Shown here piece by piece: positions 41,662 to 50,350 of a stretch of 64,000 nt of DNA. Source of the stretch: a bacterium (GTDB lineage Bacteria > Hinthialibacterota > Hinthialibacteria > Hinthialibacterales > Hinthialibacteraceae); contig CAXXSM010000132.1 of NCBI GenBank assembly GCA_963663405.2, positions 32,001-96,000 on the forward strand. The letters are read 5' to 3'. The position numbers and the translations under genes are program-made. How positions within the stretch are numbered: the first letter of the stretch is position 1; each line of letters begins with the position of its first letter. The notes below the pieces were generated by a model that saw only the letters and a program-made list of their open reading frames with translations, did no database searches and was not told the origin of the DNA.

Positions 41662-41702
41662 TTGCTATTTCATCCGGATTCCATATACTGTACATATGTT
41701 CA
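41662..41702 (+). promoter_or_regulatory. umuDC promoter with candidate LexA (SOS) box
   Basis: TTGCTA (41662)-16 nt-TATACT (41684), abutting the near-palindrome TGTACATATGTTCA (41689-41702), one mismatch from GAAC-N4-GTTC. Confidence 0.6.
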
Positions 41703-41757
41703 TTTATTTGGCGCGTTGGCGCTTGACTTGAGAGACACGGCCGCATGGGAGGTTCCT

Positions 41758-42183
41758 GTGTGTATCCGCAAGATTTACACGCCCGGCGCGGGAAGAAAAT
41801 TCTCCGCGCCGCTGGCGGAATCGTTTGTCCCGGCGGGGTTCCCCTCCCCGGCGGACGACTACATCGAGAAGGCGCTCGATCTCAATGAATACCTGATCGC
41901 CAACCAGGCGGCTACGTTTTTCGTGCGGGTCTCCGGCGATTCCATGACCGGCGCGGGTATCCACGACGGGGATATTCTCATCGTCGACCGCTCGATCGAT
42001 CCTGTGCGCGGCCAGGTGGCCGTCGCCGTCATCGATGGAGAGATGACGGTCAAACGCCTGCGTTGGCGCGGGGGAAAACTGACGCTGGAACCGGAAAACG
42101 ACAAGTATCCGCCCATCGAAATCAACAGCGAGTCCGAATGCCTGATTTGGGGGGTGGTCACCTATGTCATCCACGCTTTGTAA
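41758..42183 (+). CDS. umuD: DNA polymerase V autoproteolytic subunit
   Basis: [12 protein letters not shown] cleavage site, VSGDSM, TVKRL; GTG start with GGAGG RBS. Confidence 0.95.
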   Translation: MCIRKIYTPGAGRKFSAPLAESFVPAGFPSPADDYIEKALDLNEYLIANQAATFFVRVSGDSMTGAGIHDGDILIVDRSIDPVRGQVAVAVIDGEMTVKRLRWRGGKLTLEPENDKYPPIEINSESECLIWGVVTYVIHAL

Positions 42184-43468
42184 ACCGCGCAAAAGTCCAG
42201 CCGTCGCGCTGGTGGATTGCAACAATTTCTACGTCTCCTGCGAGCGTGTGTTCAACCTCAAATTGGAGAACAAGCCGGTTATTGTGCTCTCCAATAACGA
42301 TGGCTGCGTCATCGCCCGCTCGAACGAAGCGAAAGCGCTGGGATTGAAGGTGGGCGATCCATTTTTTAAGGTCCTCCCATTCGTTCGCAAGGCGGGGATG
42401 AGTTACTACTCCTCCAATTATGCGCTTTATGCGGATATGTCCGCGCGGGTGATGGCGGCGCTCTCTCATTTCACCCCCCGCCTGGAGATTTATTCCATCG
42501 ATGAAGCCTTCCTGGACCTGGCCGGCGTGAAGGAGCCTTCGTTGACCGAGTACGCCCGGCGGATTCGCTCGACCGTGCGGCGCTGGACCGGCATCCCCGT
42601 ATCTGTGGGGATCGCGGAGACCAAAACCCTCGCCAAGATCGCCAACCGCCTCGCCAAAAAATACCCCCATCTGAACGGCGTGCTCGATCTGCGTGGGATG
42701 CCGGAGCCGGAACGGACGCTCTCGCTGGTGGATGTAAAAGACGTATGGGGGATCGGCCATCGCCACACCGCCCGCCTTCAGCGTCACGGAATTTTCAACG
42801 CCTGGCAGCTGCGCAACGCCGATGACGCATGGATTCAGAAACAGATGGGAATCGTGGGATTACGCTTGATTCATGAACTGCGGGCCATCCCCTGTTTAGC
42901 GTTGGATCTCTGCCCGGCTCCCAAGAAAGGGATCACCTGTTCCCGCTCGTTCGGGAACCCTGTCGAATCGCTCACCGATCTCAAACAGGCGGCCGCCACG
43001 TTCACCACCCGCGCGGCGGAAAAACTGCGCGGCCAGCGCTCGTTGACGAAAACGATCACCGTCTTCCTGATGACCAATCCGTTCAAGAACGATCCCCAGT
43101 ATTACAACTCCATCTGGATCGATCTCCCCGTCGCGACGTCCTGCACGGGCGAATTGATCCGCTATGCCACACGGGGCGTCGAAGCGATCTACCGGCCGGG
43201 ATACAAGTACAAGAAAACAGGCGTCATGTTCGCCGAGATCGTGCCCGGCGAGTGCTACCAGGCCAATTTCTTCGATGAAGAAAACCGCCCCCGCGACCAA
43301 CGTCTCATGCGTGTCCTAGACCACATCAACACCCGCATGGGCCCCGGCGCGTTAAAATACGCCGCCGCAGGAATCAAACCCCGCTGGAAAATGCGCCAAG
43401 AATACCGCTCCCCCCGCTATACAACCCGCTGGGAGCATCTCCCTATCGTATTGGCGTTTTTGAGGTGA
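42164..43468 (+). CDS. umuC: DNA polymerase V catalytic subunit (Y family, DUF4113 tail)
   Basis: [29 protein letters not shown]-terminal [16 protein letters not shown]. Confidence 0.96.
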   Translation: MSSTLCKPRKSPAVALVDCNNFYVSCERVFNLKLENKPVIVLSNNDGCVIARSNEAKALGLKVGDPFFKVLPFVRKAGMSYYSSNYALYADMSARVMAALSHFTPRLEIYSIDEAFLDLAGVKEPSLTEYARRIRSTVRRWTGIPVSVGIAETKTLAKIANRLAKKYPHLNGVLDLRGMPEPERTLSLVDVKDVWGIGHRHTARLQRHGIFNAWQLRNADDAWIQKQMGIVGLRLIHELRAIPCLALDLCPAPKKGITCSRSFGNPVESLTDLKQAAATFTTRAAEKLRGQRSLTKTITVFLMTNPFKNDPQYYNSIWIDLPVATSCTGELIRYATRGVEAIYRPGYKYKKTGVMFAEIVPGECYQANFFDEENRPRDQRLMRVLDHINTRMGPGALKYAAAGIKPRWKMRQEYRSPRYTTRWEHLPIVLAFLR

Positions 43469-43661
43469 GGGGGGCTTATATGGTCTCAGATAAAAGTTAA
43501 AACATCTAACCATTTTTTAAATCATGAATGGTCGATTCGTGAGCGTCAAGATTGGATATTATATGAATGGCTTAATTTTTCATAGACAACAAATAACCGT
43601 CGTGCAGCGTATTTTGAAGAAACAATATATAAAAAAACAATCGATATATTTATTTTTTTTC

Positions 43662-43698
43662 TTGACTTTCCAGGGAATGTGTCATAAGTTCTAGTAAA
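43662..43698 (+). promoter_or_regulatory. Sigma70-type promoter, copy 1 of a duplicated element
   Basis: TTGACT-17 nt-TAAGTT; the 16-mer AATGTGTCATAAGTTC is identical to 45151-45166. Confidence 0.65.
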
Positions 43699-43736
43699 TA
43701 TTTTATTGTACATCAATATAATAGGAATGAAACAAC

Positions 43737-44945
43737 ATGGGTCAATGGAAGGAACAGTTAATTAGAGGTTATTTTGATATAGGTGAAAAATATGTGTGTG
43801 AAAACTGCTTTGATGATTATGCCATCAAAGAATTCATAGTTGAAAATGCAGTAAAAAAACATTGTGACTATTGTGGTTTATCATCTAATAAAAAAATATC
43901 AGCTCCAATAGATGATGTCCTTTCTTTTATAATGGATGGAATTTATTCAGGATGGAGTGATCCAGGAGATGAAGGTGTTCCATGGGAATCAAGGGAAGGC
44001 GGATGGCAAGGATATGTGATAGATTCTTATGATTTAATAAGAGATCAATGGATCGTTCCAACAGAAAACGAAGAAATACTTGAAGATATTACAAATGCAA
44101 TCGCAGAGATGCAGTGGTGTAGAAAAAACTTTTATCAACTTCCACTTGATGATGCACTTATATTTGGGTGGGAACGATTTTCCAAAAAAGTGAAACATTC
44201 AACCAGATATGTATTCTTTCAAGCAAGAGATGAATCAAATACATATGAAGATCCTGATGATATTCCCACTTATGCAATGCTTGAGAAACTAGAAAATATT
44301 ATTTCCGAAGCAAATTTAATAAAAAATATCAATAAAGGGAAAAAAATATTTCGGGTAAGAATTCATAATCCGAGTGAGATATTCAACACAGCAAAAGACC
44401 TCGGAACTCCAAAGTTAGTGTATGCAAAATTCTCAAACAGAATGAGTCCTGCAGGAATACCTATGTTTTATGGAGCATTTTCCATAAAAACAGCAATTGC
44501 TGAAACGTTCGAAAAGGGACACAAAGAGCCCAAAGTTGCTACAATAGCAACTTTTAAAACGACGAAGAACTTAAAAATTCTCGATTTAACGAACCTTCCA
44601 GATATACCTAGTATATTCGATCCCGAAAAACGAAATATTCGTTCAGGTATAATTTTCTTACATTCTTTTGTTATAGATGTAAGCAAACCAATAATCAAAG
44701 ATGGAAAGGAACATATAGAATATGTACCAACACAGATTTTTACTGAATATTTTAGGCATATTTTTGTAGATAAAGATAATGACAATATCAATGGTATTTT
44801 TTTTAACAGTTCTAAAGACAGCGATGGTGTATCATGTGTACTGTTTTTTGAGAATAAAAATTGTTGTGATTCACCAGACGCTACGAAATCAGATTGCTAC
44901 CTCGAGCTAGTTAAAACAGAAAGGAAAAATCTAAATACAAAATAA
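43737..44945 (+). CDS. HEPN/RES-associated N-terminal domain + RES domain protein
   Basis: VCENC...CDYC zinc motif, FRVR, NRMSPAGIPMFY, AIAE, IEYVPTQ...EY, NSS; strongly AT-rich. Confidence 0.88.
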   Translation: MGQWKEQLIRGYFDIGEKYVCENCFDDYAIKEFIVENAVKKHCDYCGLSSNKKISAPIDDVLSFIMDGIYSGWSDPGDEGVPWESREGGWQGYVIDSYDLIRDQWIVPTENEEILEDITNAIAEMQWCRKNFYQLPLDDALIFGWERFSKKVKHSTRYVFFQARDESNTYEDPDDIPTYAMLEKLENIISEANLIKNINKGKKIFRVRIHNPSEIFNTAKDLGTPKLVYAKFSNRMSPAGIPMFYGAFSIKTAIAETFEKGHKEPKVATIATFKTTKNLKILDLTNLPDIPSIFDPEKRNIRSGIIFLHSFVIDVSKPIIKDGKEHIEYVPTQIFTEYFRHIFVDKDNDNINGIFFNSSKDSDGVSCVLFFENKNCCDSPDATKSDCYLELVKTERKNLNTK

Positions 44946-44964
44946 TCAATAAAAAATTTATTCG

Positions 44965-45021
44965 GTGGGTGGCAAAGGCAAGGTTTTTTTTCTGCCTTTG
45001 CCTTATTCAAAACCACATTCG
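44965..45021 (+). repeat. REP-like hairpin repeat, copy C
   Basis: gtgggtggcaaaggcaaggttttttttctgcctttgccttattcaaaaccacattcg; 10-bp stem ggcaaaggca/tgcctttgcc. Confidence 0.85.
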
Positions 45022-45136
45022 TATCATATCGTTCCAGCATTTCCCCAATCCATCCTCAAATCGACGTCATTTCATTCATAAAGGAAAATAATGAAATAAA
45101 TCAGATAGAAAACCAGTAGATATAATTAAATATGTC

Positions 45137-45193
45137 TTTACATACGAGAAAATGTGTCATAAGTTCCATTAAACTTTGAATAACTTGTTCTAT
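45137..45193 (+). promoter_or_regulatory. Pc-like promoter (copy 2) and putative attI-like site
   Basis: TTTACA-17 nt-TAAGTT, then core GTTCTAT at 45187-45193, the exact reverse complement of ATAGAAC opening the first attC. Confidence 0.6.
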
Positions 45194-45210
45194 GTAAGAG
45201 GATAAAAATA

Positions 45211-45441
45211 ATGAATCCAGATGACTTTGTAACTATCGCTACCGGCAGCAGCGTTCAAGCCGACCAGATGAAAATGTATCTTGAGAGCGAAGGCATTACC
45301 GTCTTCCTGCACGGCCAGTTTTTCGGCACGGCGGCTCCACATCTTGCGGCGCCTGGCGGCGCCGGCGCTGTCCGAGTCCAAGTCCCCAAATCCCAGGAAA
45401 GGCAGGCGAGGCTTTTGCTCGATCGAGGAGACAACACGTGA
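45211..45441 (+). CDS. DUF2007-like putative signal-transducing protein (cassette 1)
   Basis: ADQMKMYLESEGITVFL...GAVRVQVPKSQERQARLLL; GAGGA RBS. Confidence 0.8.
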   Translation: MNPDDFVTIATGSSVQADQMKMYLESEGITVFLHGQFFGTAAPHLAAPGGAGAVRVQVPKSQERQARLLLDRGDNT

Positions 45442-45453
45442 CAATTGATGGAC

Positions 45454-45516
45454 ATAGAACCATAAGGTGAAGGCTATCAGCACATTTCACGCCGAAGCCT
45501 CACTTTCACGTTATCT
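45454..45516 (+). other. attC-like recombination site 1
   Basis: ATAGAAC-cataa-ggtgaagg...cctcact-ttcac-GTTATCT; 63 bp, L boxes complementary with one extra base. Confidence 0.72.
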
Positions 45517-45542
45517 CGACTCAATCATCATCAAAGGCAGTT

Positions 45543-46130
45543 ATGAATATCATCAAAGCCATAGGAACAGTATTCGCCGCCACATTGATCGTAACAGGTG
45601 TCATCATCTGGGCGCTGAAGACCTATGGTTTTCGAAGTGTTTCATTTGCTCTGCTGGCCAATTTCATGCTCCTTGATTGGATCGCTGTGGTCTCCCTCCT
45701 TATAAGTGAGGAACGGCGTTTTTACTTGCCCCAGAAATACTACAAAGCCAAACCATTAGAAAAAAATGGCCGGATATATAGATACGCAGGGGTACACTAT
45801 TTCAAAAAGCTGGTAGCTAAGGGATTTCTGGCCAATCTGGCCTCTATACGCTTTGACGGTAAACGCTCGCGTATTGACAGTTATTACCGCGAAACTCAAT
45901 GGGGCGAACTGCTGCATTTATTTATGTTTGTGATGATTAGCCTTTTAGCGCTTTATGCGCTTGTCCAAAGGTGGTATGACGCAATACTTTACTTGATGGT
46001 CTTTAACATCCTGCTCAACGGCTATCCTGTTTTGCTGCAACGATACAATCGCTTCCGCTTAGAGAAGGTCATACAGTTACGGGATTCCAGGAAATTAAAG
46101 ACATCCGATAATTTGAGTGACATATGCTAA
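45543..46130 (+). CDS. CrtO-like (glycosyl-4,4'-diaponeurosporenoate acyltransferase family) membrane protein (cassette 2)
   Basis: YRYAGVHYFKK, ETQWGELLH, NGYPVLLQRYNRFR. Confidence 0.8.
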   Translation: MNIIKAIGTVFAATLIVTGVIIWALKTYGFRSVSFALLANFMLLDWIAVVSLLISEERRFYLPQKYYKAKPLEKNGRIYRYAGVHYFKKLVAKGFLANLASIRFDGKRSRIDSYYRETQWGELLHLFMFVMISLLALYALVQRWYDAILYLMVFNILLNGYPVLLQRYNRFRLEKVIQLRDSRKLKTSDNLSDIC

Positions 46131-46195
46131 CACGCTGGTTCTAGGGCTTTCGTATCTCGATCTCGTACCTCGACCCTAGACCAGCGGCGTTCTCA
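46125..46195 (+). other. attC-like recombination site 2
   Basis: TGCTAAC (contains the stop codon)-acgct-ggttctag...ctagacc-agcggc-GTTCTCA; 71 bp with canonical 7/5/8...7/6/7 geometry. Confidence 0.8.
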
Positions 46196-46220
46196 TAAAC
46201 TAAAAAGAAAAAAGATACCC

Positions 46221-46772
46221 ATGTTACCAATGTTTCTACGACGATGGATTCATGATCTCAATGAGAAGCGAAGGATCGTCTGTGACGCGAGATTTAAAAT
46301 TAGTGCGCTGATTGGCAGTGACTCTGTCATTGAGATCGGGTGTGGGTTCGGGCCGAATACCAATTACATCCAAGGCGCCTATCTTGGGATAGATAGCAAT
46401 CCAGACGCCATCCAGGAGGCAAAAAGGCGCTATCCAACAAAGGATTTCCTTTGTAAAGACGTAATGGCAGTCAAAGAAGAGGCTTCCGGATACAATACCG
46501 CTCTCTTCTGCGCTGTGCTGCATGAAATACCGGATTACAAAGGCGCATTGAACGCGGTCATACGCGCCGGCGTTCGCCGTATTCTCATATGCGATTACGA
46601 TCCCGAATTAGGGGGCTGGCTCCGATTTTGGATGGATCGATTCGAACCAGAGGCTAAAAGATGGTGGGGCTGTCAACCAGATCTGTTTCTTCCGGAATCG
46701 GAATGGTCCCTTCGGATGGGACAGATCACCCGTTCACTTCTTTGGTGGGAATTCAGAAAAAGATTACAATGA
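46221..46772 (+). CDS. Class I SAM-dependent methyltransferase (cassette 3)
   Basis: VIEIGCGFG, LGID, AVLHEI. Confidence 0.82.
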   Translation: MLPMFLRRWIHDLNEKRRIVCDARFKISALIGSDSVIEIGCGFGPNTNYIQGAYLGIDSNPDAIQEAKRRYPTKDFLCKDVMAVKEEASGYNTALFCAVLHEIPDYKGALNAVIRAGVRRILICDYDPELGGWLRFWMDRFEPEAKRWWGCQPDLFLPESEWSLRMGQITRSLLWWEFRKRLQ

Positions 46773-46933
46773 ATTGAGGACCAGGAGGCGAGTTTTAAGA
46801 AAGAAATATTATAACAATACAATGAATGCTCTTGCGATTAAAAAAAGTGGTTATTCTTCTTGACTCCAATGCTTAGATATGTGAGTATTTTGTTGGAATA
46901 TTCAAATTTCTGAAATTAATGCAAAAGGAGGAA

Positions 46934-47983
46934 ATGATGAAAAAGATTTTGTTATTCGCAAGTCTCATGATGATTGTCGCAGTATCGACTTCGCTGTGCC
47001 AAGATGTGGCCGAGGTAAGAACCTATAATGTCAACCGTGTCCCTGGCGATCCACCTGTCATCGATGGAGAATGGACGGAAGAGGAATGGGCTGGATCGGA
47101 GTGGTCCGGTGATTTTTATGGAACGAGGCATAGTTATAATGACGCTTCGTTATGGGGCGAAGTACTGGATATAGGTTATCAATGGCGAGCGTTGTGGGAT
47201 GACGATCAAGTGTATATTCTGATCATTATGCCTATGTTGTATATCAATCCAAATGGTTTGGTGTGGCCAGAAGATTTAGTCGACGCTCTGGTGGCGGATG
47301 ATGTGGGATATGCTGGTTGGGGAAATGGGCAATGTCTTAATGTTGAATTCTTTGTAACGCCTAACTGGCCTACATTTGTCGAATGGGGAGAACTGAATGA
47401 AGTCGGTACAGATCCTCCGAATTATCATTTCGCTTATTTCCCGCTCTTAGCCGACATCGATGAATCCGGCACAGAATGGGCTCCTAGCAATTTTGGTGTC
47501 CGAGGCGCTGAAGGACCGCCGTTTTTCGCTACATCTCACGATCTCCCAGGAGATTGGCTTCCAATCACAGATCCTGCGGCCGCTGAAGACGCCGGTGTCT
47601 TGCCGTTCCAATTGGCTGCGCTTCCTCATTTAATTGAAGGCGCCGTGGCAGGGGAAGAAATCGTAGGCATTCCTGCTATGGAATTAGCGGTCCCTTATAC
47701 ATCATTGAGTTTTGAAGGCTCCCCTGATATTACGGATATTTTAGATACCCCTGTTGACTTAGAGCCTTTAGTCTTAGTCCCTGATGAAGATGGTAAGTAT
47801 GTAAATGTGGGGGATGAATGGTTATTTAATTGGTGCTGCTACATAGATGGAGCCCGCCTTGAAAAACAAGGTCTTGGACTGGCCAATTGGAATGATATGG
47901 GAGAGGGTGGTTTTCATAACGCTCCTCGTGGTATTTTAATATTCGCCGAAGGAACCGCTGTAGCAAGTTGGATGATGTATTAG
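46934..47983 (+). CDS. Secreted acidic protein with CBM9/DOMON-like sugar-binding domain
   Basis: AGGAGG RBS, signal peptide, PPVIDG..EEEW, WRALWDDDQVY, MELAVPY; ends TAVASWMMY. Confidence 0.7.
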   Translation: MMKKILLFASLMMIVAVSTSLCQDVAEVRTYNVNRVPGDPPVIDGEWTEEEWAGSEWSGDFYGTRHSYNDASLWGEVLDIGYQWRALWDDDQVYILIIMPMLYINPNGLVWPEDLVDALVADDVGYAGWGNGQCLNVEFFVTPNWPTFVEWGELNEVGTDPPNYHFAYFPLLADIDESGTEWAPSNFGVRGAEGPPFFATSHDLPGDWLPITDPAAAEDAGVLPFQLAALPHLIEGAVAGEEIVGIPAMELAVPYTSLSFEGSPDITDILDTPVDLEPLVLVPDEDGKYVNVGDEWLFNWCCYIDGARLEKQGLGLANWNDMGEGGFHNAPRGILIFAEGTAVASWMMY

Positions 47984-48014
47984 AATATTTTTCAATCCGA
48001 GATAAAAAAGAAGG

Positions 48015-48042
48015 TCCGGTCATTTTGGCCGGATTTTTTTTT
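48015..48042 (+). terminator. Intrinsic terminator
   Basis: tccggtca-ttt-tggccgga followed by a long T run. Confidence 0.75.
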
Positions 48043-48211
48043 ATCGAAAGTCAGTGAGACACGCAAAGTATAGGCGCAGAGAGGGTGATATTGGCGGCTT
48101 GGAATTTTATCGTTGTGCTCAGATAAATGGATTTCATTTAATGATCTACAACATACATATACTGAGCGCGGGCATAGTCTGAGCTTTTCAATCCATATTT
48201 TGCTACTATTG

Positions 48212-48265
48212 CATAATTTCCGGGACGTAGCCAGGGCAGAAAAAAGCCTTGCCCTGGGCGCCCGC
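48212..48265 (-). repeat. REP-like hairpin repeat, copy D (inverted)
   Basis: Reverse complement reads gcgggcgcccagggcaaggcttttttctgccctggctacgtcccggaaattatg. Confidence 0.85.
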
Positions 48266-48334
48266 GTCCCACTCTTCTCTTTGATCCATCGTGATACAAT
48301 TTCTTGAAGAACTAACACTTGAGAGAATCCACAC

Positions 48335-49024
48335 ATGAATCGGATCGTAATCTGCGCCGCTCTTCCTGATGAAGTCCGTTTCCTGCGCCGCTGGCTGCGG
48401 GATGGAATACGTTCCATCGATAAGAAACTCTCTATTGAGATTCTTGTATCCGGCGTTGGGCGTGAACGTATGAAACGAACTCTTGATTCAACTCCGTATG
48501 ATTCAGTTTCATGTTGGCTCTCCGTGGGCTATTCCGGCGCGTTAATTCCAGACTTAAAAGTGGGAGACTGCCTGCAAGGATCAACGATCCTCACAGCGAA
48601 TGGCGCTCGAATTCAACCAGAATGTCCCGCCATTCACTCCTTCCAAGAAAGCCGGCGCGCGTTGCTCTGTTCGGATATTATCCTCTCCACGCCTACCCAA
48701 AAACATCAGTATCATGAGAAGACCAGCGCCGACGTCGTCGATATGGAATCCGCCGCTGTCGCTGAACACGCCTTGGCCCGTGGGGAAGCGTTCGCATGGA
48801 TTCGGATTGTGTCCGATACAGTGGAGGAATTATTGCCCCTCGAATTGACGCATTGTGTCAATCAAGACGGATTCCCCAGCCCTTTGGCGGGTATCCGGAC
48901 ATTACTTGGCGCCCCTCGCCTGCTGCCAGTGATGCTGCGGATGGCGGCTCGAAACACTCGTCTTGGCAAAAGCCTGGCGCGGGCGATCCTGGAAACGCTT
49001 GAAGGTTTTGAGGCGCCTAAATGA
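48335..49024 (+). CDS. Nucleoside phosphorylase/nucleosidase (PNP_UDP_1, HpnG/MtnN-like)
   Basis: SGVG, VGYSGAL, VDMESAAVA, IRIVSD. Confidence 0.85.
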   Translation: MNRIVICAALPDEVRFLRRWLRDGIRSIDKKLSIEILVSGVGRERMKRTLDSTPYDSVSCWLSVGYSGALIPDLKVGDCLQGSTILTANGARIQPECPAIHSFQESRRALLCSDIILSTPTQKHQYHEKTSADVVDMESAAVAEHALARGEAFAWIRIVSDTVEELLPLELTHCVNQDGFPSPLAGIRTLLGAPRLLPVMLRMAARNTRLGKSLARAILETLEGFEAPK

Positions 49025-50111
49025 GATCGGCGAATTCACGATGGCAGCGTGTGAACGTCCAATATCCAAGGATGAACGTTACTAGCGAAATCGCGCCAAA
49101 CGCAATCCATCGACCGATCCCCGGCCAAATTCCATGCAGGACCAGATCGTGATGGATTACGATCATGTAGGTGATCGGGTTGGAATAGATTAACGGCAGA
49201 AAGGAATCGGGGACCATTTCGATAGGATACAACATCGGTGTCGACCACATCATGAGCATCGTTCCAATGGAAACCAACGGTCCGATATCTCTCAGATATG
49301 TGTTTAAGGTGGCGAACAATAAACCCGCGCCTAAGAAAAAGATCATCTCCAATACTAAAACCAGCGGCAACGCAACCAACGTCAGCTGCAGGCTCCCATA
49401 ATAACCGAGTAGGACGATGAGAAAAATTCCCGTCCCGATCAGCTGATTGGTGATACTCGACAGTGTCAGATACGTGGGAATAACCTTGGCGGGGAACCGC
49501 ACTTGTTTGATCAAATGCGCGTTATCAATAATGCAGGTCGTGGATCGCACCAGCGATTCCTGAAAAGCGTACCAGGGCAGGAGGCCGGTGAAAATATAGA
49601 AGGCAAACGCGAAAATTCCACTCTCGGGGACTGCGCGATCGAGATCGTTGGCTCCCAGCGCCGCATTGAGAATCTCCCTGGCGGTTGGATTCTCCCAACG
49701 CAGCGTTACTGTGGGAGAAGCCTCCTTCCCCAGCTCCAGGTCGAAATGCAGATCGCATTTTTTCTCCAGCGTTTTTATGACTTCTGAAAGGTCCGCGTGG
49801 TTAAATTCGATCCATCCGGGAAAACGTGTGTTCAATAGTTCTTCTATATTCTCGGGGAGTGGGGGTTGTGAGGAATTCTCTGCTGCGGGGAAAATACGAA
49901 TCGTGTTTTCATGGATCAATCCCCGGTGCTCGTATTTGGCTTTCAGAATCACACCGAATACGAATGTATAGACGATCAGTAATACCAATGGATTGATCAC
50001 GGACCAGAAAAAACCCATCGCCGATCCGATGTAACGCGCCTGCAGATCCCGCCGTAGAAATTCCCACAGCAGATGACGGTGAAATAGAATATGTCCAATT
50101 CGCTCTTTCAT
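49017..50111 (-). CDS. wzm: Wzm-type ABC-2 polysaccharide export permease with an inserted soluble domain
   Basis: RDLQARYIGSAMGFFWSVINPL, GLLPW, LIKQVRFP, LRDIG, TPMLYP, SNP; ~100-aa insert after TM1. Confidence 0.85.
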   Translation of the reverse strand: MKERIGHILFHRHLLWEFLRRDLQARYIGSAMGFFWSVINPLVLLIVYTFVFGVILKAKYEHRGLIHENTIRIFPAAENSSQPPLPENIEELLNTRFPGWIEFNHADLSEVIKTLEKKCDLHFDLELGKEASPTVTLRWENPTAREILNAALGANDLDRAVPESGIFAFAFYIFTGLLPWYAFQESLVRSTTCIIDNAHLIKQVRFPAKVIPTYLTLSSITNQLIGTGIFLIVLLGYYGSLQLTLVALPLVLVLEMIFFLGAGLLFATLNTYLRDIGPLVSIGTMLMMWSTPMLYPIEMVPDSFLPLIYSNPITYMIVIHHDLVLHGIWPGIGRWIAFGAISLVTFILGYWTFTRCHREFADLI

Positions 50112-50350
50112 ATAAACCATCTTGATTGAGATCACAACCTGCAAATGAAAATGAGTCGCGAGAGTAATTACGAACGAGCAAGTCTCGGAGACTCATTTTC
50201 ATATAAAAACTTCGTAATTCAAAATCAACGGACAGATAAACCGGATCGTATTATACTCCGTTCTAAAAAAAATATCCCCCGCTTGGCAAGTAATACCCGC
50301 GCCGCGCAGGGGATTTGAATGGTTTTCCTTGAATATGGAAACGAGAACGC

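Noticed and set aside
41461-41757. 99-aa N-terminal extension of UmuD in the ORF track
   Set aside because: Overlaps the divergent BMC gene and promoter; the GTG at 41758 has a GGAGG RBS and gives a normal-length UmuD.
43504-43560. ATCTAAC (perfect RYYYAAC) downstream of umuC
   Set aside because: Only a short hairpin follows; no L boxes or GTT partner.
41758-46772. Prophage or ICE suggested by umuDC plus accessory genes
   Set aside because: No integrase, phage structural, relaxase or conjugation genes in the window.
45543-49024. Carotenoid/hopanoid cluster from CrtO-like and HpnG-like genes
   Set aside because: No other crt/hpn/shc genes are present, and the CrtO-like gene is bounded by attC-like sites.
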